Below, in pieces: positions 20,701 to 37,266 of a stretch of DNA of 64,000 nucleotides. Numbering within the stretch: position 1 is the first letter of the stretch; every line of letters begins with the position of its first letter. The translations under genes were made by a program, and so were the position numbers. This DNA comes from the human T2T-CHM13v2.0 reference genome, Homo sapiens: the NCBI RefSeq assembly GCF_009914755.1, contig NC_060936.1. One strand, 5' to 3'. The notes below the pieces were generated by a model. The model was not told the origin of the DNA, searched no databases, and was given only the letters and a program-made list of their open reading frames with translations.

Positions 20701-22978
20701 AAGCAGCAGCTGCGTGATGAAGGGTTGGTTCTATGAACCGATTAAAAGCCCTTTACAAGGAAAATTCCAAGAATGAGGGAAACTTATTCCGGGAAAAGCC
20801 GTTTTTTGTAATGTTATTTGAACAATGAGACACTTTTATTACTTAAACTAGAACGTCTGCTGTTGGCCTATTTTAGTTTTCAAGATAGAGTTGGATACCT
20901 GCCTTACAGAAATACGAAATTTAATTTCCCTTAATTCTGTCCTCTTGTGTGCAGTGAGCGTCAGCTGACTGCCTGGCTAATGCTTTGAGTAGATTCCAGA
21001 TCATATTGTTCTTACATTGTGAAAACGTCAAACCAGCAAAGCTGCAACTTCGCAACTTGGCATTTGTTAACTATGCCCATAAGAAGAATCTTTTCAATGA
21101 GGGAAGGAATTTACGGGTTGTATAATGAATCTAGGAGCCGGGGCCAGCCTATGGCAGATTTTTTTTTCCGGGTTGTGGGAAAATCTTACTCCGTAATATT
21201 CCAGCATAAAGTAAATAAATGATTTTACGGTTTTTTTTTCTCTTTAAACTAACTGATATTGTGTCGCCGATAAGCTTGATATCTTTAAATTAGTTTTTTA
21301 AAAGACTGCTACATTAGAGTGTATCTAACATTCATAATAAACATTCATTGGAACATTCCGGGGAAATCATGAAAAGACTTAAAATTACTGAACTCATTCT
21401 GTTTACTGTTTTCTGTCCTCATTGTTGTTTTCCTTAGGCAGAATAAGAAATCAGATAAGATTTTAAGCCAGTGCCAGCCAGTTTTTTTAAGGAATGTTAT
21501 GCTATGTAAATACCACAGGTTTTAAGTGTGTGTTTTGCTGGGCAGAAGAAAGATTGTGAAGTTTATATTGACAGGAACTCCACAATATACTTTTGACTTC
21601 CAAATTGATTCCTTTGGCTTTATTAAAATGTAAGTTTTAATAACAGCTCCATTTATTGTTTAAACTAGGTCTTCTCCTGTCTCTAAAGCGATACTTAATA
21701 TGTTTTACAGATGACAAAACCGAGCCCCAGAGGTTAAAGTAACTTTACTTAGTAAAAGTAAAGTAGTTTAACTGGGATTTAGATCCAGGTCATGCTGATG
21801 TCAAATCATGGACGGGATGTTAGCAATTCAGGCCTGTCCGACTCCCCAGGTTAGACAAATTCTATCGTATCTCTCGCCAAACTAGTGTTTAAAAGTTGTA
21901 TCTCCATTAATCATTTTCTTTGTGAGTCACTATGTCATTCTTCATTTTCTCATATGAGTTTTATTGAAAATTAACTGTCTTTAAATATTTGGGGCTGAAT
22001 ATGTGGTATTAAAATCAGTGAAAAACAACATGTTGGTCGTTTGGCGTTTTGTTAACTAATATTTGATCCCTGTAACCTCATGATAGAGGAATTATTCTCA
22101 GTGAGAGAACCAAAGCTCAGAAGTTAGATGTCTAAGGTCATTCAAGTGTAAATAATGTGGGGGCTAAAGTCTGAAGTCTGACTTCTAGAACATAAATTTC
22201 TGGCTTCAAAATTATTTTTGTACTTTCCCATAAGTCAAAGGTTCTTAATCTAGGTTTTTGGATAGAATTGAGGAAGTAAGTACCTAAGCTTGGTTGAGGA
22301 AAAAAATTTGCGTGTTTATTTTCTCTAGCTTCTAACTGAAATCTAAATGGAAAAGAAGTGAAAATTCTTTAAATGTTAATGGCAGCAACAGTGTATGTGA
22401 CCTTGTCACCAAGACAAATCACTTTTTTACATGTATTACAGCTTTTGCAGTTATCTTGAAATATTTATGCTCATTACTTGCTATATGTCAAAAATATTGT
22501 TAACGTATTGCTATATTAGACATTTTAAAATATTTTGATAACTGCGTTTCAATATAATTGGTTTACTTTGTGATCCTATATATTTTAGAAATGTAAAAAA
22601 ACGGAGAAGAGATCCATAGATTAATTGGACTACTAAAGAGGTCTGTGTCACAGAAGAGGTTAAGAACTGCTTTACTAAACCAAGTTGCTTGTGGATCATC
22701 TTTGGCAGGGTTAATCTGGGATCCCTGGGTCCTCTGCAGTTGTGTTCAATACCTTTTACTTATGTGTATTTTTCTGGAGAGATTCCAGCTTAACTATCCC
22801 ACTAGAATCAGTAGGATAGATAATAGCAATATAACAATAACAACAGTAGTAGTATATACTTGTATCGTGCTTTGTGTCAGGAACGTTTGATGTTTTTGCA
22901 TATATAGATATCTGTACATCTTAAGTCTCAATATCTCTATGAGGTGTTAGTATCCCCATTTTAGTGATAAGGAAACTA

Positions 22979-23305
<327 letters not shown>

Positions 23306-23670
23306 CTAAGTTTATACAGCTAGTGAACATGGAAGCTTGTATTAGAACTCATCAACCACCTACTTGTATTGGAGTAGAATATATTGCAGACAAGGAATCA
23401 ATCCTATGTAAATAATACTTAGATGCAACTTTTTAAAACCTGGCCTTGGGCCCAATGTGGTGGCATGTACCTGTAGTCCCAGCTACTAGGGAGGCAGAGG
23501 CAGGAGTTTCGCTTGAGTATGGGAGGTCAAGGCTGGAATGAGCCGTGATTGTGCCACTGCATTCCAGGCCGGGTGACAGAGCAAGACCAACTATATTGAC
23601 TTCAGTAGATTATTGGTTTGTTTTATTTTTTTCCTCTTGAGACCGAGTCTCGCTCTGAGACCGAGGCTAG

Positions 23671-23964
<294 letters not shown>

Positions 23965-24796
23965 TGATTCGCCCACCTCGGGCTCCCAAAGTGTTGGAAT
24001 TACAGGCGTGAGCCACCACACCTGGCGGGTTCAAGCAGTTCTGCCTCAGCCTCCCTAGTAGCTGGGACTTCAGGCATGTGCCACCATGCCTGGCCTTTTT
24101 TTTTTTTTTCCTGATTTTTAGTAGACACGGGTTTCACGATGTTGGCCAGGCTGGTCTCGAACTGCTGACCTCAAGTGATCCGCCCGCCTTGGCCTCCTAA
24201 AGTGCTGGGATTATAGGCGTGAGCCACCGCGCCTGGCAGATTTTTTTTCCACCTCTGTTCTGAAGGAGAAACAAACAATGTCCCTCTCTGGAAAGAGGTA
24301 AAAGTTTGGATGATTCACAAAGTCATCAAACATGACCTGCCATGAATTCTTTTACAACAAATTTTTTGTAAGTTTGAAACTGCAGTGTACTACCTTCATC
24401 TGAATGCTATCAAGTTACTTAAAACTTGTGAGCCCTAAGGAGGCAGATAGTAATTTAAAAAAATTTTTTCATTTCTCTCTTTTATTTACAGTTTTTTTTT
24501 AATTTTTAATTTTTTGAGACACAGTCTCGTTTGCTGCAGCCTCCACCTCCCCAGCTCAAGTGATCCTCCCACCTCAGTCTCCAAAGTAGCTGGGACTATA
24601 GACATGTACCACCATGCCTGGCTAATTTTTTTCTTTTTTGGTATTTTTTGTAGGGACAGGGTTTTGCTTTTTTGCTCAAGCTGAAATTTTTGTTTAAATA
24701 AAAAAAATTAAAACTAGAGACTGGGAAGGGTGGGTATGCAGTGACTACTGAAATTGGGTTTCTGTCTCTGTTTGAGTTTTTCCCTGAAAATGAAGA

Positions 24797-25145
24797 CAGT
24801 TGTCCCTCAGTATTTGTGGGAAATTGGTTCCAGGACCCTCTGTAGATGCCAAAAACCTTGGATGCTCAAGTCTTACATAAAAAGGCATAGTATTTGCGTA
24901 GCACCTATGCACATCTTTGTGTATATGTTAAATAATCTCTAGATTATTTATAATACCTATTAAAATGTAAATGCTTTATAAATAGTTGCTATACTGTATT
25001 ATTTATAGAGTGATAAGAAAAAAGTCTCTACATTGTCAGTACAGATGCAATGATTTTTTTTTCTGAGTATTTTTGATTTGTGATTGATTGCTCCACTGAT
25101 ACAGAACCTATGGATATGGAATTCATGGATATGGAGGGCCAACTG
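24797..25145 (+). mobile_element. MER2 (Tigger-family MITE)
   Basis: Terminal inverted repeats cagttgtccctc...gagggccaactg followed by TA. Internal 'ttggttccaggaccc' and 'ggatgctcaagtc'. Confidence 0.75.
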
Positions 25146-26061
25146 TACTTACTTACTTAGGTAGCAGTTAAGTTTCATACGACCTAGGACGCTTTAATAA
25201 CTCTTAAATAATTAAAACATATTTTAGGTTGGGTAACGTGTCTCATGCCTGTAATCTCAACACTTTGGGAGGCCGAGGTGGGAGGATAGCTTGAGCCCAG
25301 TAGTTCAAGACCAGCCTGGGCAACAAAGTTAGACACCCCCCACCCCCACCCCCAACCTCTACAAACAAATTTAAAAAATTAGCCAGGCCTGGTGGCATGT
25401 GTTGTGGTCCCAGCTACACTTGAGGTGGGAGGATCACTTGAGCCAGGAGATCGAGGCTGCAGTGAACCATGTTCATGACACTGCACTCCAGCCTGGGTGA
25501 CAGAGTGAGACCCTGCCTCAAAAAATTTTTTTAAATTATTATTTTATTATTTTTTAAGAGACAGGGTCTCACTGTGTTGTCCAGGCTGGAGTACAGTGGC
25601 TATTCACAGGTACACTCATGGCACACCATAGCCTCAAATTCCTGGGCTCAAGCAATCTGGCCTCAGCCTCCTGAGTAGCTGGGACTACAGGCTCATGCCA
25701 CCAGTTAAAAATATTTTTAATTGTGAAATACATATAACTTAAAAAGTATCATCTAACAGTTTTTTGTTTTTTTGAGAGAGAATCTTGCTCTGTTGCCCAG
25801 GCTGGAGTGCAGTTGCATGATCTCGGCTCACTGCAATGTCTGCCTCCTGGGTTCAAGTGATTCTCTCACCTCAACCTCCCCAGTATAGCTGGGACTACAG
25901 ACGTACGCCACCATGCTGGCTAATTTTTGTATTTTTAGTAGAGACGAGGTTTCGCCATGTTGGCCAAGCTGGTCTCAAACTCCTAACCTCAGATCTACCT
26001 GCCTCAGCCTCCCAAAGTGCTGGGATTGCAGGCTTGAGCCACCGCGCCCAGCCCATCTTAA

Positions 26062-26343
<282 letters not shown>

Positions 26344-27178
26344 TGAGCCACTGCGTCTGGCCGAAGCTTTGTTTTCTTTAAGGTTTAAACTAATTTAAGA
26401 GAAGTATAACTTCTAAGTTTTCATCTCAGCCTTGTTACTAACATACTCTGATTTAGGGCAAGTCAAACAATTTATAATTATTTAAAGTTTTTTTTATAGT
26501 TGGAGAGTATACTTTTGGTTGGGCAAATAAAAGTTTTAAAAGAGGAATGAAGATGGCAGTATGTTAAAATACACATTTACTTGCAGCATTTAAAGGAGTA
26601 CAGCTGGGCGGGGTGACTCATGCCTGTAATCCCAGAATTTTGGGAGGCCGAGGCAAGTGGATCACTTGAGGCCAGGAGTTTGAGACCAGCCTGGCCAACA
26701 TGGCGAAACCCCATGTCTACTAAAAATAAAAATATTATCTGGGCATGTGCCTGTAGTCCTAGCTACTTGGGAGGCTGAGGCACACCTTGAAGCAGAGGTT
26801 GCAGTGAGCCGAGATCATGTCACTGCACTCCAGCCTGGGTGACAGTGAGACTGTCTCAAAAAAAGGAAAATTAATTAAAGGAATACAAATGTTAAAATGC
26901 AAATAGGCACTTTGCACTTACTCTTTTGAAAAAAATTATAATGTAAAAGTGTAAGTAAATGTAAGAAAAAGAAACATCTAAGTATGTACTCATCTTTCCT
27001 GTCTTACCTGTGTCCTTGTCCCACCACTTGAACCAATCTTTGGTTCACAGAATATCTCTACTGTTTTTAAATGACGGGCTCTAAACCAAAGACAGAAGAG
27101 TGCTTTAGATGAATATTATTAGGGGTAGGATGTGAACTGCATTCATAAATGCCAAACTCCAGGGATGAGTTGAGTTAA

Positions 27179-27415
<237 letters not shown>

Positions 27416-27553
27416 TAGTAGAGACAGGGATTCTCCATGTTGGTCAGGCTGGTCTCGAACTCCCAACCTCAGGTGATCCGCCCTCCTCGGCCTCCCAAAG
27501 TGCTGGGACTACAGGCATGAGCCACCGCACCCGGCGAGAAAAGGATTTCTCGT

Positions 27554-27609
27554 CAGGGTAGAAAAGTCTGCAGTAATGCAGGGTAGAAAAGTCTGCAGTA
27601 ATGCAGGGT
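27554..27609. repeat. Perfect 25-bp tandem duplication (2.2 copies)
   Basis: cagggtagaaaagtctgcagtaatg x2 plus cagggt. Confidence 0.95.
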
Positions 27610-27649
27610 TTGTGTAACAAATAGTTTGATAGTATTTCATACTACTGAC

Positions 27650-27676
27650 TAGCAGGTAAGATGATCTTACCTGCTA
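27650..27676. repeat. 27-nt palindrome (13-bp perfect arms, 1-nt spacer) containing a consensus 5' splice site
   Basis: tagcaggtaagat-g-atcttacctgcta. Confidence 0.95.
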
Positions 27677-28460
27677 TTTTGCCCTGGAAGGTCACAGCAT
27701 ACAAATATTTTCTGTGACAGATGTTTTACCCTTTTTCCTTCTCAAAAGTATTCTGGTTTGTATAATAACTTGTAAATTTTCAGAAGAGATTAGAGGTTTA
27801 CTGTGTGCTTATTGGCAAGACTTTCTTTCCTGCTATACTAACAAAGTAACATAATGCACATAAGTGGGTACTGAAATATTTGTTACATTGGGTATGGCAG
27901 GCTGGGTGGGCGTGGCTCATACCTGTAATCCCAGCACTTTGGGAGGCTGAGGTGGGAGGATTACTTGAGTTCAGGAGTTCAAGACCAGTCTGGGCAACAT
28001 AGTGACACCCCATGTCTTAAAAATTTTTTTTTTAAATATATTGGCTGTGGAAAATGTAAATTTATAGGGCAGAAAGTTGCAGTTGAGCAAGATAATGAAA
28101 ATAGGATTATTTTTGCCTTTTGAGTTGGAGGAAGAAAAAAAATAGGAGGGCAGTGACTGAGTAAAATTAAGATACATTTATATACAAGGTTACATAAAAG
28201 ATTTTTTTTTTCTTTGACCAGCAGGCAAGAAGAAAACAATGTCTAGAAACATGGACTCTGGGGCCAGCCTGCCTGGGTCTAAATCTCTGCTGAGACTGAG
28301 CCACTTTTTGTTTAATCTCTCTGCTTCCTTATCTGTAAATTGAGGACAATAATATGGGAGGGTAATATTAATATCTATCACGTAGGGATGTTAAGAAGAT
28401 TGACAGAATAAAACATTTAGAGTTGTAGGCTGGGCGTGGTGGCTCACACCTGTAATACTA

Positions 28461-28830
<370 letters not shown>

Positions 28831-29467
28831 TTATTATTATTATTATTTTTTTTTTAAGATGGCGTTTCGCTCTTATTGCCCAGGCTGGAGCGATCTTGAC
28901 TCATTGCAACTTCCGCCTCCCAGGTTCAGGCGATTGATTCTCTTGCCTCAGCCTCCTGAGTAGCTGAGATTACAGACAGGTACCACCATGCGTGGCTAAT
29001 TTTGTATTTTTAGTAGAGACGGGGTTTCTCCATGTTGGTCAGGCTGGTCTCGAACTCCTGCTCTCAGGTGATCTGCCCACCTCAGCCTCTCAAAGTGCTG
29101 GGATTACAGGTGTGAGCCACCACGCCCGGCAAAAAAAAAAAAAAGAACTATTTTGATATTTAATATTGATGCTTGAGGTTGAGGTATATTTAAGTTCGTT
29201 TGTGTAGTTAGCCATTAGCTTTATCAGCTGACTAATTGAAGTAATGGCTTAGTATTTTGAGGATTAAATACTAAATGTTAGATACCTTTTTTTAATAGAG
29301 ACAGGGTCTTGCTATGTTGGCTAGGCTGGTTTGAACTCCTGGCCTCAAACGATCCTCCCATCTTGGCCTCCCAAAGTGCTGCGATTACAGGTGTGAGGAG
29401 CCACAACACCCAGTCTGTTAGACGTCTATTAATACAGGATTCTTTATCTTTTTTTTTTTTTTTTTGA

Positions 29468-29680
<213 letters not shown>

Positions 29681-30253
29681 TGATCCGCCCTCCTCAGCCT
29701 CCCAAAGTGCTGGGATTACAGGCGTGAGCCACGGTACCCGGCCTAGAATTCTTTATTTTTAATGAAAATATTCATGAATCTCATGTTGAACTTTCTAGGG
29801 AGAAATTTGTAACTTTGATTATATTTTCAGAGTGATTCGTGACCCCCAAAAGGTTAAGTGCCACTAATCGATGGTGGCGTCAGGTTCTTTTGATGAATGA
29901 CAGATACTGTCTGATTGAGATAGTGGGAATTTTAGGATATAAATCCTGTCTTTTCCACTGGTACTAGAGTACCAGCAATAATACTGATGATAATATTGAT
30001 GAATAAACTTCAGATTTTCTTCCACAGTAGAGGGCAAGTGAATTCTGATTTTTGACAACTTCGGGAGGTTGGTGGAAACAACTTAGGGTGGTCCAGTTTC
30101 CTTGCTGTTCAAAGTGTTATCCGTAGATAGTAGTAAGCTCCTTTTAACCCAGGGGTTTGTTACAGTAGAAACTCTACCCCTGAATTACTGAATCAGTCTG
30201 CATTTTATCAAGATCCCTAGTTGATTCTTTTTTTTTTTTTTTGAAGATAGTGA

Positions 30254-30349
<96 letters not shown>

Positions 30350-30652
30350 TAGCTGGGATTACAGGCACCTGCCTTTTTGTATTTTTAAAAATTTTTATTT
30401 ATTTTTTGAGATGGATTTTTGCTCTGTTGCCTAGGCTGGAGTGCAGTGGCACAATCTCAGCTCACGGCAACCCCCGCCTCCCGGGTTCAAGTGATTTTCG
30501 TGCCTCCCGAGTAGCTGTGATTACAGACGTGCACCACCAACCCCATCTAGTAGAGATGGGGTTTCACCATGTTGGCCAGGCTGGTTTTGAACTCCTAAAC
30601 TCGGGTGATTCGCCTGCCTCAGCCTCCCAAAGTACTGGGATTACAGATGTGA

Positions 30653-30883
<231 letters not shown>

Positions 30884-30909
30884 TGAATTATTGTATTTTT
30901 AGTAGATAA

Positions 30910-31068
<159 letters not shown>

Positions 31069-31444
31069 TAACTTTGGGCAGATTACTTTACCTTGAAGTA
31101 AAGTAACTTTTTCCTTGTCTGTAAAATGTGGATGATAATAGGACTTAACTGAGATTGTTATGAAGATTAATTAGATGTTCCATAAATGTAATTACTATTC
31201 TCTGAATGAGTGAAGAATTCCCACTTTAATTTTCATTTTTACTTTTTGTAAAATAGCCCTAAGCATCTTCTGGTAGGATTCTGAAGTTACTTTGGAAGAA
31301 ATGACAGGTGTTTTTTTTTCCCCCCCTAAGTACTTGTAACTTAGTAGTAGCCCTCTCAGTATTGGAGATGTAAAAATTGAACCTGGATGATTGATGGGGC
31401 AAAATACATTTAATCAATTTATACATTTTATTTCTGTTTTACAG

Positions 31445-31493
31445 CATTTATGGGGTTAAGTGGCATGGGATTTCTGTTTCTGATAGTAAATAG
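31445..31493 (+). other. LARP4: Candidate 49-nt cassette (poison) exon in LARP4 intron 1
   Basis: Acceptor ttttatttctgttttacAG| and donor TAG|GTAAGT in unique sequence. In frame with exon 1 it reads HLWG-stop. Confidence 0.6.
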
Positions 31494-32100
31494 GTAAGTA
31501 AAACAAAAGGTTATGTATGTCCGAAGAGACGGTTTTACCATATTTATGGTGATTTTCTTCCTAACTCATGGTTCTGTTACCTTAGGTCTGTAATTTCTTA
31601 GGACAGGAGGATACCATTTTCACAAGAATTTGATGGTTCTCTTTTTCCTTTCATTTTTATCTCTCTGAAGGTAGAATTTAGCATTAAATGGGACAATAAT
31701 CAGGACTGCCTTTGGCTTATTTGGGGATGACATATTGCTTAGAAATAAGGGTGGTGATTGAAGCATCAGTTTTACAGATAGTTTAGATCTTTTTGTTGAG
31801 TATCTATGTGCTTGCATACTATGTATATGTTGGCAGATAGTTTAGCATGCATTTGGACAGTTTACATCGTTTAGTAGATATTTATAAAACTGTAATCTCA
31901 AGGGCTTCTAATCCTGTGGAAGTGATCAAGATTTTGATGGCGGTCTAAACTGTGGTGAGAAGATGAATAAAACTTGGCTATTGGCTGGGCGTGGTAGCTC
32001 ACACCTGTAATCCTAGCACTTTGGAGGCTGAGGCGGGCGGATCACGAGGTCAGGAGTTTGAGAACAGCATGACCAACATGGTGAAACCCCGTCTCTACTA

Positions 32101-32310
<210 letters not shown>

Positions 32311-32550
32311 TTATTCTAGCTAAACTGACTTAGGGGCTGCCAGCCATCAGTTAACTTATTAGCATGCAAAAAGACATCACTTTGGAGATTGTAAGGATTT
32401 TAGTTGTGTGTGGATACTATCATACACAACTGAAATACACTGTAAAATATATATTTTACAGTATCACAGATAGTGAACATTTCCCATACTTTCTAAGATT
32501 TTTTCTCCATTTTTCAAAACTTTTTAAAGATAATTCAATCTTGCCTTGTT

Positions 32551-32738
32551 CAGGGATACATCCTGAGGGATGTGTTACGGATTTCATTATGTGAACATCA
32601 GAAAATATTTATACAAATCTAGATGGTATACCTACAACACACCTAGGCTATATGGTATGGCTATTATAATCTTATGGGACCACTGTTGTACATGCAGTTT
32701 GTGCTTGATCAAAATGTCATTAATGCAGCACATGACTG
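32551..32738 (+). mobile_element. Tigger3-like DNA transposon fragment
   Basis: 'tagatggtatacctacaacacacctaggctatatggtat' and terminus 'gcagcacatgactg' followed by TA. Confidence 0.65.
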
Positions 32739-33980
32739 TAATTATAGATTCATGAAGTTGCAAAACAGTGTACAAAGTGGTCCTGTGAAGTTGTTGCTCA
32801 GTTTCTCCTTGTAGTATCACCTTGCATAACTATAGTATGGTATAATGAGCAGCAAATTAACATTGATACAGTCCACAGACCTTACTCAGATTTTTACAGT
32901 TTTCCCTAAATCTGGTTTTAAGGATCTGGTATATTCTATTTTATAGATGAACTACAGTTCACCTCTATGGTAGGATGTTTATAAAATTAGTGTGGCAAAC
33001 ATCCTTGTACTTACATGTTTTTATATATCTCAGTTTCTTTTGAGTAAATCTGACAAGTAGAATTTTTGGATCAAAATTGTGTATTTAAGGCTTTTAATAA
33101 ACATTGCCAACTCTTCAGAAGAGTTATATAAATTATAGCAATGAACTGATTTTTCCTTTTCATGCTTATCAAAATAGTATTGAATCTGGGCCGTTGAATA
33201 GGGTAAAAATGATATTTTATGATAAACTATTCCAGTCTGTCCTTTGCACATTTTCCCTGTTCGGCAAACAATCTTGGTAATTTGTAATTCTCTTGTTTAA
33301 CAGTATTGTAACCTTTCAGGTCTTTTCTGGGTTTTGTTGTTGTTGTTGTTGTGTTCTGTTGAGACGGGGTCTTGCTCTGTCATTCAGGCTGGAGTGCAGT
33401 GGCATGATCTTGGCTTACTGCAACCTCCTCCTCCCATTCTCAAGCCATCCTCTCGTCTCAGCCTCTTGGGTACCTGGAACTAGAGGTGCATGTTACCATG
33501 CCTGGCTAATTCTTGTGATTTTGTAAAGACAGGGTTTCACTGTGTTGCCCAGGCTGATCTTGAATTCCTTGGGTTAGGCGATCCCTCAGCCTCAGCCTCC
33601 AGAAGTGCTGGGATTACAGACATGCACCACTGTGCCTAGCCTATACCTATATATTTATCTGTACAGTGATTTTGTTTGTTAATAGAAATGATAATATAAA
33701 GTGCTTATTGTTTTGCAGCGTTACTTTTTTCACTGAACAATATGCATTGGAACAATTTCCATGTTGGTGAATGTAGTCCTATTTTGGTTTTCTTAAACTT
33801 TTATAGTATTCCACATTAAGAGATAGACCATATTTAACTATTCACCTATAGGTGAACATTTAGGTGGTTTTCAGTTTTTCACTTGTGGGTTCAATACTGT
33901 ACTATACAACCTTTTATATGTCTTCTTGTGTGCATCAGTGGCTTTTAAAATGTATAGTCTTGGCCTGGTACAGTGGCTCA

Positions 33981-34241
<261 letters not shown>

Positions 34242-34749
34242 TCAAAAAAATAAATGAATGAATAAAATAAAATGTATAGTCTTAACTAGGCTGATGAAAG
34301 ATATAAATATGCCCAGAAGTACTGCTTATCTTTATGCCATTAGAGTGTAATGTCTTTAGATCTTACACTTTGAGTATTCTTAGCACCATTAATTATCAGG
34401 GACACATCAGATTTTGGGGTAGTGTACTGCTGAAGGGAATATATTTATTAATGATTTTGATCAGTTATTAAATATTTAGTGAAATAGCGTACCCCATCAG
34501 GAGAAAAGGTTTTTGAGCATAATCCTCCGATATTTGGATATTTATAAATTAATTATATATGACATACTTTGTATGTTAAATATTAGCCTTAGTCTCATAT
34601 GGTGAATATTTGTCATGTCCGAAGCCTTCCAATTTTTTGTTATATGTCTACATTTGCAAAATTGCCCATGTTATGTGTCAGGCCTCCTCAGTATGTGTAC
34701 TAGTGAAAACTCAAATTCCCAGCTTCTTTTTTTTTTTTTTTTTTTTTGA

Positions 34750-35103
<354 letters not shown>

Positions 35104-36918
35104 TGAAAGTACACAATGGAAGGAAGTGAAGGTTCTGTTTATAACTTCCATTTTGCAGTTAGGAATGGCAGCAGGGTTGGTCAGCTTTAAGTGGAGGTAA
35201 TAGTTGCAGATTGAGTTCCTAATAGAGAGTGGCTTTGGTGCTGGCAGTAGTAAAGGTTATAATGGATTTGAATCTTGTTATTTAGTGCCTGGTGGTGACA
35301 GGGATAGTGGTTTCCTCACCAGATCCTTGTGCAACATTATTTTGGGTGATCTTATCTTTGCATCTGTTTTTTCACCCCTCCTAGTGAGAATCAGAGCGTC
35401 TACTGCACCTTTCAGATGACCGGGTGCCGTGGCTCAACACCTATAATCCCAGCACTTGGGTTGGGAGGCTAAGGTGGGTGAATCACTTAAGCTTGTGAGT
35501 TTGAGACCAGCCTGGGCCACATGGTGAAACCCCGTCTGTACTTAAAAACAAAAACAAAAACAAAAACACAACATCAGCTGGGCATGGTGGCACATGCCTG
35601 TGGTCCTAGCTACTCAAGAGGCTGAGGTGGGAGGATCCCTAGAGCCTGGGAGGCAGAGGCTGCAGTGGGCCAAGATCACACCACTGCGCTCCATCCTAGG
35701 CCGCAGAGTGAGACCCCATCTCAAAAAATAATTACCTTTCAATGTGGGCATGGTGGTGCACGCCTGTAATCCCAGCACTTTGGGAGGCTGAGGCAGGCTG
35801 ATAGACTGAAATCAAGACCAGCCTGCACAACATGATGAAATCCTGTCTCTACAAAAAGTGCAAAAATTTGCCAGGTGTGGTGGCATGCAGCTGTAGCTTG
35901 GGAGCCTGAGGTGGGAGTATTGGTTGATCCTGGGAGGTTGAAGCTGCAGTGAGCTGAAGTGCTACTGCACTCCAGCCTGGGCAAAAGAGTGAGATCCTGT
36001 TTCAAAAATAAAACAAAACTCTTCTGCTTAATTTAGCCAGAGTGGATTTGAATAGTGATTGATTGTTTAAAAACTTTGATGAGATACTTTTGGTACAGCA
36101 AGCACTTTTTGCATGTATATATAGTGGCAAATATGAAAGTGTCTTGCTTTTGAAAATTGATACTTATGCCAGGTATGGTGGCTCACGCCTATAATCCCAG
36201 CACTTTGGGAGGCCGAGGTGGGTGGATAACGAGGTCAGGAGTTCAAGATCAGCCTGGCCAAGATGGTGACACTCCATGGTGATGGGCGCATGTAATCCGA
36301 GCTACTTGGGAGGCTGAGGCAGAGAATTGCTTGAACCCAGGAGACAGAGGATGCAGTGAGCCGAGATCGTGTCACTGCGCTCCAGCCTGGGTGACAGAGC
36401 AAAACTCTGTCTCAAAAAAAAAAAAGAAAAAAAAGAAAATTGCTACTTATACGTTCTTAAATAATACCTTGATACTTCTCCTGGTGGGGCTGTTTGAAAA
36501 CTAGTTGTCTTCCTCCCTGAGCTAATTACGATATGAGGAAGTTGTGAATTAACATCTCTAATCCAAGATGTTGCTATAGTTATTCATGGTGCTACTTCAG
36601 AGATGCTTTAGCTCCCCTGTAAGGGCTGTTATCTTGTTACTGGTTTTGCTATTATTGTAAAAGCTTCTAGCAGCCATGAAACCAAAAGCCAAGAAGCACT
36701 GCATAGCAAGACTTCTGCTTTAATTACTTATTAATTAATAATTTATATTTTGAGATGGAGTCTCACTCTGTTACCCAGGCTGAAGTGCAGTGGCACAGTC
36801 TTGGGTCACTGTAGCCTCTTCCTCCAGGTTTAAGTGATTGTCCTGCCTCAGCCTCCCAAGTGGCTGGGACTACAGCCACATGCCAACATGCCTGGCTCAT
36901 TTTTTTTTCTTGTTTTGA

Positions 36919-37266
<348 letters not shown>

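Noticed and set aside
19630-20702. Overlapping GC-rich ORFs on both strands around the promoter
   Set aside because: Stop-codon depletion in a CpG island explains them. Only MLLFVE, and tentatively the 20251 frame ending at a donor, have splice support.
21268-21283. cgataagcttgatatc, identical to part of a common cloning polylinker (HindIII-EcoRV)
   Set aside because: Only 16 nt; the flanking ClaI and EcoRI sites are absent and the context is ordinary intron, so coincidence rather than vector.
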